From positions 320,001-384,000 of the forward strand of contig CAVOYH010000001.1 in NCBI GenBank assembly GCA_963700635.1: a stretch of DNA of 64,000 nt, written 5' to 3'. Positions 8,775-18,434 of this stretch are shown here, one piece after another. A program made the translations under genes and the position numbers. The notes beneath the pieces were generated by a model. That model searched no databases. It saw only the letters and a program-made list of their open reading frames with translations, and was not told the DNA's origin. The DNA is from an uncultured Bacteroidota bacterium. Lineage in GTDB: Bacteria; Bacteroidota; Ignavibacteria; UBA10030; UBA6906. Positions within the stretch are counted from its first letter, which is position 1. The number at the start of each line of letters is the position of its first letter.

Positions 8775-10817
8775 ATGAAGAGATCATCGTTGTACGCACA
8801 CCTGGTACGTCTTACTGCCATGGGGTTGGCATTTGGGGCATTTCATTGTGTCAACAAGCCCATGGAACCGGTGATGCCCACATGGGATGTCAATCTCGCC
8901 GTGCCCATCGCAAACAGAACATACTCTCTGGGCGATATCCTGGCAAAAGATTCGTCTCTCCTCCAGGCTAACCCCGGCAGCACCCAGTTGTATCTCAAAA
9001 CTTCGGTGACGGCCGATCCGACATACGTAGGAGACAGAATTTCTCTGGACCCGATTCAGACCTCTTTTTATTCCCAACTCGGACCCTTTTCGGTGACATC
9101 GGAGACCGTGCGTCTCAACATACAGATCCCCGGTTTTCCGCCCGGAGCGACCATGATTGTCCCGCCGATGCCCCCCCGGGATGTCCCGGCGGTGGGCGGA
9201 GACCTTCCCTTTATTGAGTACCTGGCGCTCGAAAGCGGTATCGTGGAACTTCGCCTTCAGAACAGGATGCAGGTCGGACTCCGGATCGAAGCTCCGATCA
9301 TGCTTGCGAACGAATCCGGAAGTGCCATCGGGTCGTTTGATTTTGGGAGTACCATGATCGATCCCGGGCAGAGCCGGACGGCGACGGTCTCTCTGGCCGG
9401 GAAAACCGTTCACGATCGTGTCCGGCTCGACAACATTCGTATTTCGAGTCCGGGCAGCGGGACGTCCATGGTGACGATTCCCGACACCATGTTGTTTGCG
9501 GAGATAACCACGTCGGATCTGGTCGCGACTGCCGCCACCTTAAGCAATATTGCCGCCCAGCATATTGTGGAATCCCGCGAGCTGCCGATGACGGCAGCGA
9601 CGCTTATGCGCGATGTGTGGCTGAACAGCGGCGTTCTTCGCCTCCGGTTGGTGAACAAAGTAAATCTACACACTTCCCTGCGTCTCCGTCTGCCGGAACT
9701 TCTTCGCCCGTCAGGACAGGCGTTTGACCAGGTGATCGCTCTCGCCCCCCAGGATTCGATCAATCTCGCGATCGATCTTGCGCGGTTCCAGCTTCATTCC
9801 CAGAATGGATCCTATCTCCGGTCACTCCGAGCTGAATGCGAAGCGGATATGCCGGGAAGTAATGGGCAGCCGGTGTCTGTCAACGCCACCGATTATGTCT
9901 CCGTGAACGTGAGCACCTCCACGATAGTCGCCGACAGTGCCGTGGCGGCGTTGCAACCCACGGTCATTGCTATCGACGAACATATCGGGTTGAATCTCGG
10001 GGTTCTCAGCCGGAAATTTCGCGGGAATCTGAACATTCCTGCGGCCGACATGATGTTCACACCCCGAACGAATCTCCGGATGCCGATGGAGCTGAATCTT
10101 CGATTCGAAGCGAAAACAACTCAGGGAAGCACCGTTACCCTCGATGTACCGGTGACCAAAGGGACGCAGGGGCTCGATGCCATATCCTTCGTTTCAGGTG
10201 ATGTGGGAAGATTCCTGACCAGCGTGTCCGGCGCATTACCCGACTCCCTGCGTGTGGTCGGCACGATTGTTCTGAATCCTGATTATGATACTACCGCTCC
10301 GGCATGTGTCGGACGCAACTGCTCGTTCGCCGGCGATCTGGATCTCTCCATCCCCATGAGTTTGCGCATGGTGAACGGACAGTTCGCAGACACGCTGGTG
10401 ATGGGGGATACAACGGGTGACGGGTCTTCCGACAAACGTATCGATGACAAAACCCTCAACGATGTGAACTACGGACAGTTGCATGTGGTGATCGACAACG
10501 CGCTTCCGCTTGATGTGAAAGTCAAAATCGGTTTGCTGGACCGGTTCTGCTCAATGGTGCTTGCCGTTCCTCAAACCGAAGGGGACTCGATTGCCATCGT
10601 GTCAGGCGCGCTGATGAATGGCGATGTGCAGGCTTCATCCAGGTCAACCCGGACAATCGAACTCCTTGGCACGGAGATCCGGCAGTTTAATCTCGCGGAT
10701 CTTGTGAAAATTGACATGGCATTGAGCACCGGAGGTGATGTGCCGGTAAATCTCAGAACCACCGATCACGTGAAAGTGAGAATGTGGACTCAATTCTCCT
10801 ACAGGGTAAAACCATGA
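8775..10817 (+). CDS. Hypothetical beta-rich lipoprotein with ~130-aa internal repeats
   Basis: 680-aa ORF; signal peptide with Cys25 (LAFGAFHC); recurring 'SG-hydrophobic strand-N' units. Confidence 0.75.
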   Translation: MKRSSLYAHLVRLTAMGLAFGAFHCVNKPMEPVMPTWDVNLAVPIANRTYSLGDILAKDSSLLQANPGSTQLYLKTSVTADPTYVGDRISLDPIQTSFYSQLGPFSVTSETVRLNIQIPGFPPGATMIVPPMPPRDVPAVGGDLPFIEYLALESGIVELRLQNRMQVGLRIEAPIMLANESGSAIGSFDFGSTMIDPGQSRTATVSLAGKTVHDRVRLDNIRISSPGSGTSMVTIPDTMLFAEITTSDLVATAATLSNIAAQHIVESRELPMTAATLMRDVWLNSGVLRLRLVNKVNLHTSLRLRLPELLRPSGQAFDQVIALAPQDSINLAIDLARFQLHSQNGSYLRSLRAECEADMPGSNGQPVSVNATDYVSVNVSTSTIVADSAVAALQPTVIAIDEHIGLNLGVLSRKFRGNLNIPAADMMFTPRTNLRMPMELNLRFEAKTTQGSTVTLDVPVTKGTQGLDAISFVSGDVGRFLTSVSGALPDSLRVVGTIVLNPDYDTTAPACVGRNCSFAGDLDLSIPMSLRMVNGQFADTLVMGDTTGDGSSDKRIDDKTLNDVNYGQLHVVIDNALPLDVKVKIGLLDRFCSMVLAVPQTEGDSIAIVSGALMNGDVQASSRSTRTIELLGTEIRQFNLADLVKIDMALSTGGDVPVNLRTTDHVKVRMWTQFSYRVKP

Positions 10818-12217
10818 GCGCACCGGGGCAAGTACGCAGGGCAGGAATCCTTCTACTGACTGTGGGCTCAACGCTGATTGCGTTTGCCGGCGGGGAGCGG
10901 ACGAATATCCAGGGCGTCGGGATGGCCAGGACTTTTGTCGCGGTATCACGGGGGCTGGATGCTGTCGGGATTAATCCTGCCAACCTGGCCGCCGCCGACG
11001 AGGGAACGGTCACGATTGGCCTCATGCCCTTTGGAATCCACCTCGGTACGGACTTTCTCAACTACGGCCTCTACAACGAATACTTCACCGGTGTTGAGTC
11101 CGGAAGTGGCCGGGAACCGAGGTATCTGACGGACCCTGACAAACAGGTGATCCTCGGATCCTTCCCGGAGGAGACGGGGAGGGCGTCTGCTCAGCTCGAA
11201 GTGCGTCCCGTCGGCCTGTCCGTGTTCCTGGGGAAATACGGGCGTGTTGCCCTGACGCTCACCGATTATGTTACGGTGAATGCCATGATCCCGCGCGACT
11301 ATGCGGAGTTCATGCTGTACGGGAATACCCCCGGATCCGTGTACGACTTTGGAGAGACCTCGGCATATGCCACATGGCTCCGTGAGTACGCTCTGTCGTA
11401 CGGCATGACCCTTCCTGCACCCTCGTTTGTACAATCATTGTCCGCAGGTGTTTCGATCAAACTTATCCATGGTTTCGGGCATTTTGAGATCGACCGGTTC
11501 AATACCCGCCTGGTGACGGGCACGGATGGTATACTCCAGGGGTCAATTGACGTACACGGACGTGTGTCCGGCAGCGAGTTCCTGAGAGGTTCGGGCGAGA
11601 CTTCATTCCAGCCATTCCCCGCTCCGGCAGGAAGAGGTCTGGGATTTGACCTTGGCATTGCGTCGGACGTGAACGACTACGTGCGGGTCGGGATAAGCGT
11701 CACGGATATTGGCTCGGTGGACTGGACCGGAAACGTGGATGAGATCGTCTCCGTCGGGGATCTCACGATGGATGATCCGTTGAACGAAGCGCAACGTGAT
11801 TCGATTGAACACGCTGTGATGGGGGAGACCCGTCCGGGCAGGCCATTCACCTCCCATCTGCCTACAACGTTACGACTGGGAGCATCTGTTGAGCTCCACA
11901 AAGTCCCCGCGCTCAAAAAGCTCCTGTGGGGCGAGTGGACCTTCGCGTGCGACTACAATCACGGGCTCGTCGATGGGGCGGGGGCTCTGACCACAGGGCG
12001 GCTCTCCATGGGTCTTGAGTTCCGTCCGTGGAGTTTCCTTCCCTTGCGGACGGGTGTTTCATTTGGTGGGGCCGACCACTTTAACTTTGCGCTGGGTTTC
12101 GGGTTCCATGCCGGGCCATTTGATCTGGATCTTGCCTCCGAGCATTTGAATTTTCTGTTCAGCGAAGAATCACTCTCGCACGGATCCGTGGCTGTCGGGA
12201 TGCGGATCAGGATTTAG
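10814..12217 (+). CDS. DUF5723-like outer-membrane beta-barrel (FadL/PorV-like fold)
   Basis: Signal peptide; plug motif 'GMARTFVAVSRGLDAVGINPANLA'; 'GRGLGFDLG', 'GISVTDIGSVDW', 'LPTTLRLG' and 'LPLRTG' strands; alternating C-terminal strand. ATGA overlap with the upstream gene. Confidence 0.75.
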   Translation: MSAPGQVRRAGILLLTVGSTLIAFAGGERTNIQGVGMARTFVAVSRGLDAVGINPANLAAADEGTVTIGLMPFGIHLGTDFLNYGLYNEYFTGVESGSGREPRYLTDPDKQVILGSFPEETGRASAQLEVRPVGLSVFLGKYGRVALTLTDYVTVNAMIPRDYAEFMLYGNTPGSVYDFGETSAYATWLREYALSYGMTLPAPSFVQSLSAGVSIKLIHGFGHFEIDRFNTRLVTGTDGILQGSIDVHGRVSGSEFLRGSGETSFQPFPAPAGRGLGFDLGIASDVNDYVRVGISVTDIGSVDWTGNVDEIVSVGDLTMDDPLNEAQRDSIEHAVMGETRPGRPFTSHLPTTLRLGASVELHKVPALKKLLWGEWTFACDYNHGLVDGAGALTTGRLSMGLEFRPWSFLPLRTGVSFGGADHFNFALGFGFHAGPFDLDLASEHLNFLFSEESLSHGSVAVGMRIRI

Positions 12218-12274
12218 CTCGGGGGAGGATGCGGGTGGGGCGTGTGTGCGGTGATTCCGTTCGTTCTGTCTGTT

Positions 12275-13657
12275 TTACAGAATAAACTTCGAGAGATCCC
12301 GATCGCGGACGATCGAGGCGAGACGCACCTGAACCCGTTCGCGATCAACGATGATGGTCTTTTCCGCGATTTCGTCAGGTGCAAGGTAGAGCGCATCTTC
12401 CAGGAGCGTTGTGAGGACTGTGTGGAGACGGCGGGCGCCGATGTTCTCCACCTGCTCATTCACTTCGCTGGCGATTCGCGCGATTTCGCGGATGCCGTCT
12501 TCCTGAAAGTCCAGCGTGATACCCTCGGTCGCCAGAAGTGCCGCGTACTGCTTGATCAGGGCATTCTGCGGTATAGTCAGGATCTTGACAAAATCCTCTT
12601 CGGTGAGACTGTTCAGCTCGACGCGTATCGGGAAACGTCCCTGGAGTTCGGGTATCAAATCCGACGGTTTTGCCACGTGAAATGCGCCGGAGGCAATGAA
12701 GAGAATATGATCGGTCTTGACCATGCCGTACTTGGTCATGACGTTAGAGCCTTCGACGATGGGGAGCAGGTCACGCTGCACACCCTCACGTGATACGTCG
12801 GGGCCGCCAGAATGTGTTTTGGTGCCCGTGATCTTATCGATCTCATCGAGGAACACGATGCCGGAGTTCTCGACCCGGTGCAGGGCGTCACGAATGGCGG
12901 CGTCCTGGTCGATCAGTTTGCCTGCTTCTTCGTTTGTCAGGATGGTGCGTGCTTCGGCGACGGACACTTTCCGCCGTTTCATCTTTTTGGGAAGAAGGTT
13001 TCCGAAAAGGTCCTGAATATTGAGACCCATATCCTCCATGTTCATCGGACCGATCACCTGCATGAGGGGTCCGCCGTTTGCCGGCAGGTCGATTTCGAGC
13101 ATCCGCTTGTCCAGTTCCCCGGCCCGGAGACGTTTCCGGAATTTTTCGCGTGTCGCATCCGGATCATCTTCTGCCACAGGTTCGGCGTCCGGGGCAGGCA
13201 CGGGGCGTTTTTTTACCGCCGGTAGCAGAAGATCCAGCAGCCGCTCCTCACTCATCGCTCGCGCCTTGTCTTCAACTTCCGTGCGGCGCTCGGCTTTCAC
13301 CATCGTAACCGCATATTCCGTCAGATCGCGGACAATAGACTCCACGTCGCGTCCAACATAGCCGACTTCCGTGAACTTGGAAGCCTCGACCTTGATAAAC
13401 GGCGCGTTGGCAAGCCGGGCAAGCCTCCGGGCAATTTCCGTCTTTCCCACGCCGGTTGGCCCGATGAGAATGATATTGTTGGGCATGATCTCTTCCTGCA
13501 GACCGGAGGCGACCTGAAGGCGTCGCCAGCGGTTGCGCAGGGCTATAGCCACAGAGCGTTTTGCCGCATCCTGTCCGATGATATACTTATCCAACTCCCG
13601 GACAATTTCCCGCGGAGTGAGTTCTTGAAGACGTACATCTGTAGCGGATAGTGTCAT
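12275..13657 (-). CDS. hslU: ATP-dependent protease ATPase subunit HslU
   Basis: [36 protein letters not shown] and [17 protein letters not shown] motifs. Confidence 0.99.
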   Translation of the reverse strand: MTLSATDVRLQELTPREIVRELDKYIIGQDAAKRSVAIALRNRWRRLQVASGLQEEIMPNNIILIGPTGVGKTEIARRLARLANAPFIKVEASKFTEVGYVGRDVESIVRDLTEYAVTMVKAERRTEVEDKARAMSEERLLDLLLPAVKKRPVPAPDAEPVAEDDPDATREKFRKRLRAGELDKRMLEIDLPANGGPLMQVIGPMNMEDMGLNIQDLFGNLLPKKMKRRKVSVAEARTILTNEEAGKLIDQDAAIRDALHRVENSGIVFLDEIDKITGTKTHSGGPDVSREGVQRDLLPIVEGSNVMTKYGMVKTDHILFIASGAFHVAKPSDLIPELQGRFPIRVELNSLTEEDFVKILTIPQNALIKQYAALLATEGITLDFQEDGIREIARIASEVNEQVENIGARRLHTVLTTLLEDALYLAPDEIAEKTIIVDRERVQVRLASIVRDRDLSKFIL

Positions 13658-13682
13658 GGAGGGCAGAGGGCTTTCAGAAACG

Positions 13683-14219
13683 TTACAGTTCTTCTATGAC
13701 GATATTGGAGTTGGTATAAATACATATGCCTGCGGCCGTAAGAAGTGACTCTTCCACTATTTCCCGGGCCGACAGGGAGGAATGTTTCACGAGCATCCGC
13801 GCGGCACCGAGGGCAAAACTGCCTCCGGAGCCGATGGCGATGATGCCATCGTCCGGTTCAATAATTTCCCCCGATCCGGATATCATCAGCGATGTCTTGC
13901 CGTCCAGAACAGCCAGCAACGCTTCAAGATGCCGGAGGTATTTGTCGGTTCGCCATTCCCGTGCGAGTTCGACCGCCGCCCGCTCCATGTTGCCGCGGTG
14001 TTTTTCGAGATGGTCTTCGAATTTGGTGAAGAGGGTGAAGGCATCTGCGACAGATCCCGCAAACCCTCCGATAATCTTTCCATTGGCGAGCCGCCGGACC
14101 TTGCGGGCCTTGTGTTTCATGACGGTCTGGCCGACCGTGACCTGTCCGTCGGCGCCGATAACCGTTGCCCCCCGGTGCGTCAAACCGAGGACCGTAGTTC
14201 CATGGATGGTGTGCTTCAC
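13683..14219 (-). CDS. hslV: ATP-dependent protease subunit HslV
   Basis: N-terminal HG-TT (Thr nucleophile), [25 protein letters not shown] and AIGSGG motifs. Confidence 0.99.
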   Translation of the reverse strand: MKHTIHGTTVLGLTHRGATVIGADGQVTVGQTVMKHKARKVRRLANGKIIGGFAGSVADAFTLFTKFEDHLEKHRGNMERAAVELAREWRTDKYLRHLEALLAVLDGKTSLMISGSGEIIEPDDGIIAIGSGGSFALGAARMLVKHSSLSAREIVEESLLTAAGICIYTNSNIVIEEL

Positions 14220-14238
14220 GATAGGTGTCCGTTCCGGG

Positions 14239-15699
14239 TCAGATGAGTTTACGCCGCAGCCGGGCTACGGGAATAAGCATTGCCTCGCGGTATTTTGCCA
14301 CTGTGCGGCGGGCAATGTTCAGTCCCTGTGCATTGAGCAATTCTGCGAGTTTATGATCACTCAGCGGATGCAGGGCGTCTTCTGCATCAATGAGGGTCCT
14401 GAGCTTCTTTTTTACCTCTTTGTTGGACACCTCGTCGCCGTCGGTCGTGCTGATGGAATCGCTGAAAAAATGGCGGAGGGAGAACACGCCGTAGTCGGTC
14501 TGAACGTATTTGCTGTTAACGACACGGCTGATCGTGGATATGTCCATGTTGATCACTTCAGCAATATCCTTGTAAATCATCGGGCGGAGGCCCTCACCGG
14601 TGTCAAAAAAGTCCCGTTGCTTCTCCAGGATGGTCCGCATCACCTTGAGCATCGTTTCGCGGCGCTGGTGGATGGAGCTGATAAACCACTTTGCCGCCTC
14701 AAAACGCTGGCGGATGAAGTCTTTTGCCTCCGTCGAAACACCGTTCTTCTTCCGCTTGGACATCAGATCTTTGTACGCCTTGTTGATGCGGAGCGGAGGA
14801 ATGTTACGGTCGTTGAGTGAAATCAGAAAGTCGGTTTCGGTTTTGGTGATAATAAAGTCCGGGACCACGTAGTTCTCATGGGCGGTAAACTCCCCCTCGC
14901 CGGGTTTCGGATTGAGGTGTTGGATTATCTCAATGACGCCCTTCAGATCCTCGAGCGTGATGCCGAGCTTCTTGGAGAGTTCTTCAAAATGCCGCATCGT
15001 GAAATCGTCATAAAAATCGCTCAGCAATTGCGTGGCGATCCGCTTCACCGCGGGGTCGAGGCGGGCAACGCCAAGCTGGACGAGCAGGCACTCCTGGAGC
15101 GAACGGGCGCCAATACCGACGGGATCCATGTGCTGGATCTTTGAAAGGACCAGTTCAGCTTTTTCCACGGTGATGGCGGTGCCGTGGGTCAGATTAAGAT
15201 CCTGGACGATCACCGGCAGTTCGCGGCGGAGATACCCGTCTTCATCGATATTCCCGATGATCTCCTGTCCGATAAGGAATTCCTCATCGTCCAGATCCAG
15301 CAGGCTGAATTGTTCGAGAAGTCGGTGAGAAAGAGAAACACTGTCGGCGATCGGCAGTTCGTCTTTTTCTTCGCTGTCAAAAGGCTCCCGTGCCTTGTAC
15401 CCGTGAAGATCGTCATTCATGTAATCTTCGATGGAGTACTTCTCGTCCTCCTCGGCGAGTTTCTCGGCTTCCTTTTCCGCGGCAGCGTCTTCGGGCGGAT
15501 CCTCCTTGACGGCGTCTTCCTGTTCCGTTGCGGCTTCAAGTTCTTCTTCGTACCCCTCCTCCAGGAGAGGGTTCATTTCGAGTTCGGCCTTGATCTTCTG
15601 TTCCAGGGCGAGCGTGGGGAGCTGCAGCATCTTCAGGTATTGAACCTGTTGAGGCGACAGCTTCATCATCATTCTATGTTGCAGGGAGATGTTCAGCAT
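14239..15699 (-). CDS. rpoN: RNA polymerase sigma-54 factor
   Basis: Q/L-rich N-terminus, STISRV HTH, RpoN box [10 protein letters not shown]. Confidence 0.99.
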   Translation of the reverse strand: MLNISLQHRMMMKLSPQQVQYLKMLQLPTLALEQKIKAELEMNPLLEEGYEEELEAATEQEDAVKEDPPEDAAAEKEAEKLAEEDEKYSIEDYMNDDLHGYKAREPFDSEEKDELPIADSVSLSHRLLEQFSLLDLDDEEFLIGQEIIGNIDEDGYLRRELPVIVQDLNLTHGTAITVEKAELVLSKIQHMDPVGIGARSLQECLLVQLGVARLDPAVKRIATQLLSDFYDDFTMRHFEELSKKLGITLEDLKGVIEIIQHLNPKPGEGEFTAHENYVVPDFIITKTETDFLISLNDRNIPPLRINKAYKDLMSKRKKNGVSTEAKDFIRQRFEAAKWFISSIHQRRETMLKVMRTILEKQRDFFDTGEGLRPMIYKDIAEVINMDISTISRVVNSKYVQTDYGVFSLRHFFSDSISTTDGDEVSNKEVKKKLRTLIDAEDALHPLSDHKLAELLNAQGLNIARRTVAKYREAMLIPVARLRRKLI

Positions 15700-15703
15700 G
15701 ATG

Positions 15704-16273
15704 TCACAAAGGTCCCGTCGTTCTGTCTCCTTGTCGTTTCAATTCTGTGTACCACCGTTCTCCAAACCTCCGGATGAGGGCTTCCTTGAGGAAATCCAGG
15801 AGGTGTACACCCCGGTTGGCGCCATTGGTGCGGCCCGACCGGCACTCAGAAATCTGTTCATACCGGATGACTTGCTGGCCAGAGTGTCTGACCCTGACGG
15901 GGAACAGGTGACAGGATATCGGCTTGCGCCAGGTAATCCTGCCTTCCTCGAACGCCCGCTCAACGCTGCACTTCGCGATCCCCTGATCGAAGTACACGAA
16001 CACACATTCCTTGTGGTCAACACAGACCGTCGCGTAGTTGCCCGACTCACCCTCAACGGGTCCGATCTGTTCAAGTACCTCTCTGTTCCGTGCCGGCAGA
16101 TAATCTTTCACGGCAGCATACGATTCCCTGAGGAACGGGACCTCGGCGTCTTCTAACGGGGCGCCGCGTCCGCCCTCCAGGCAGCAACACGCTCCTGCAC
16201 AGGCCTTCAAATCACAACAGAACTGTGCGGTGACGACGGCTGGATCGACAAATACCGAGTCCACAAGAATCAT
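15704..16273 (-). CDS. DUF3109 family Cys-rich protein
   Basis: FCCDLKACAGACCCLEG..GAPL, ECVF, KCSVE and KPISCHLFPVR motifs. Start taken at MILVD. Confidence 0.85.
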   Translation of the reverse strand: MILVDSVFVDPAVVTAQFCCDLKACAGACCCLEGGRGAPLEDAEVPFLRESYAAVKDYLPARNREVLEQIGPVEGESGNYATVCVDHKECVFVYFDQGIAKCSVERAFEEGRITWRKPISCHLFPVRVRHSGQQVIRYEQISECRSGRTNGANRGVHLLDFLKEALIRRFGERWYTELKRQGDRTTGPL

Positions 16274-16281
16274 ACCATAAA

Positions 16282-16310
16282 AGTATACCACTTTTTTAGG
16301 AGAAAGGAAA
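16282..16310 (-). promoter_or_regulatory. Extended -10 promoter upstream of DUF3109-rpoN-hslVU
   Basis: Minus strand TTTCCT-17-TATACT with an extended -10 (TGgTATACT). The ATG lies 9 nt downstream of the hexamer. Confidence 0.55.
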
Positions 16311-16317
16311 GATTCTA

Positions 16318-17451
16318 TCAGATGCGGACAAAATGCTTGCCGGGGAGTTGACGGACAAGACCTTTGCACTCGAGTGCGAGGAGGTGCACCAGAGTTTCCG
16401 AGGCAGAAAGGGACGATAGTCCGGTGATTGCATCGATATGCACCGGTTCATCGGTGAGCACATCCGCGACCCGCTGTTCAAAAAGCGACAACGGCGGAGT
16501 CTCCGGCGGAGGTGGGGAAGGCAGGTCCCCGATAACACCACGCAGTTGGGGGTGGAGTTCGCCGAGGATGTCGTCAACGGTCTCGGTGAGGAGTGCATGG
16601 CCGTCGCGTAACAACCGGTTTGTGCCGCTCCGCGTGGTTGCATCGACCGGCGTCGGTATGGCAAAAACCTCCCGGTTCTGATCGAGGGCGTTGCGGGCGG
16701 TAATCATCGCACCACCTTCAGTGCCCGTTTCGATTACCAAAGTGCCAAGAGACATCCCGCTGACGACACGATTTCGCTGCGGGAAGTTCATTGCGTCAGG
16801 TTTTGTGCCCATGGGAAATTCCGAGAGAAGTGCCCCGTGCAGGACGATGCGTGCGGCAAGGGATCGATTCTCGGGCGGATAAAGCACATCGAGTCCCGAT
16901 CCGATAACGGCAATCGTACGACCTCCGGCATGGAGTGCCGCTTTATGTGCAACGGTGTCTATACCCCGGGCCAACCCGCTCACGACCGTGATACCACGGC
17001 CTGCCATTGCCGCCGCGAACCGCTCTGCAGTTCGAACACCATATGCGGAGGGCGTACGCGTCCCGACGACAGCAACTGCGGCGGCGTCCGGTGCGGTAAG
17101 TGAACCCCGGAAAAACAGGAATGGAGGCGGATCATAGATCTTCCGCAGGTGGGGGGGGTAGTCCGCTTTCCAGAGGCTCGTAAACCTGACGTCAGCCTTT
17201 TCCATTCTCACCAACTGATCATCCACGAACTTCAGTGCATCAGCAGGGACCCCGCTGCGAAAGAATCCGGTAATCGCCAGCGCGGTTTTCTGCTCGATGC
17301 CCTGGACCCTGATGAGATCGCGGGGGGAAGCATGTGTGATGGCGTTTGTGTTCCCAAAAAAATCGATGAGCGCCCGGAGGCGCGCCGGACCGACGCCGGG
17401 AATACGCGTGAGGAGGAGGAGGTCCCGCGCCGGCGCATGGTCTTCAGCCAT
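16318..17451 (-). CDS. dprA: DNA-processing protein DprA
   Basis: AVVGTR, VVSGLARGID..AH, FPQRNRVVSG and GAMITA..ALDQNREVFA motifs; C-terminal winged helix. Confidence 0.97.
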   Translation of the reverse strand: MAEDHAPARDLLLLTRIPGVGPARLRALIDFFGNTNAITHASPRDLIRVQGIEQKTALAITGFFRSGVPADALKFVDDQLVRMEKADVRFTSLWKADYPPHLRKIYDPPPFLFFRGSLTAPDAAAVAVVGTRTPSAYGVRTAERFAAAMAGRGITVVSGLARGIDTVAHKAALHAGGRTIAVIGSGLDVLYPPENRSLAARIVLHGALLSEFPMGTKPDAMNFPQRNRVVSGMSLGTLVIETGTEGGAMITARNALDQNREVFAIPTPVDATTRSGTNRLLRDGHALLTETVDDILGELHPQLRGVIGDLPSPPPPETPPLSLFEQRVADVLTDEPVHIDAITGLSSLSASETLVHLLALECKGLVRQLPGKHFVRI

Positions 17452-17457
17452 ACGGCT

Positions 17458-18408
17458 TCACACGTCTCCGATGCGACGCAGGTATTCGCGGTACCAGGCG
17501 ACGGTCTTCCGGAGGCCATCAGCCGGCGTGGTGGCTGGATTGTAGGAGAGTATGCGTCGGGCCTTGGTGATGTCGGCCTTTGTTGCGATCTGATCTCCAG
17601 GACGGCGGGGAAACCTCTCAGCGATGACCGGACGGCCGATGATCGATTCCACAATCCCGATTCCCTCGCCCGTCGTGATCGACTGTTCACTGCCGATGTT
17701 GAATATTTCTCCCTGACACGCATCCCAGTGCTCTAGAACTGAAACGAGTCCGTCGACGATGTCGTCAATGTAGGTGTAGCTTCTCCTGTGCTGTTCGCTT
17801 CCCTCGAAGAGTGGCAGGGGGGTTCCCGACAGAAGCGAACGGATCAAACGCGGATAGAGTTTGTCCGGCCTCTCCCGGGGGCCATACACAGAAAATAGTC
17901 TGAGTGAACAAACCGGGAGCCCGCGATCGCGGCCGTAGGAGAGCACCAGCTGTTCTGCAGCAAGCTTTGTGACGCCGTAATATGACGTGGGCGGGGTTCA
18001 GATGATTCAGGCCCCGTGGCGGTGGAACCGTACACGGAGGAGGTGGCGATATTCACCAGCCGGGGCACGCGCCAAGCGCGCGATGCTTTCGAGGAGCCGG
18101 AATGTTCCCGTGAGATTGTTCCGGACGTACGATTCAAATGTGGAAGAAGCTGAGAGCCCCGGCTGGGCGGCGCAATGATAGATTACACCGGCGTGCGCGA
18201 GGACTTCATCAAGAGCTCCCTCCACAAGGTCCAGCCGGTGAATCGTGATTCCACGGGAGGTTAAGGCTGTGGCGTTGTCATTCTTTAGCCGGAGATCGTA
18301 ATACGGCGAAAAACAATCAATCCCCGTGACCGAGTGTCCCAGCACGGCGAGGCGCTCACACAGGTGAGACCCGATAAATCCGGCCGCACCAGTGACGACG
18401 ATGGTCAT
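17458..18408 (-). pseudogene. NAD-dependent epimerase/dehydratase (extended SDR) with two frameshifts (possibly sequencing error)
   Basis: TGAAGFIG lies in 18007..18408, 'NIATSSVYG' in a second frame (17844..18137), and YGVTK plus FSVYGPRERPD back in the first frame. Indels are near 18065 and 17990. Confidence 0.8.
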
Positions 18409-18434
18409 GGTGAAATTCCTCTCGCAAGACCCGT

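Noticed and set aside
13726-14820. 364-aa plus-strand ORF
   Set aside because: Antisense shadow of hslV and rpoN with no recognisable motifs.
17998-18009. Selenocysteine or stop readthrough at the in-frame TGA codons of the epimerase
   Set aside because: The readthrough frame lacks the conserved TSSVYG segment, so two indels explain the pattern better.
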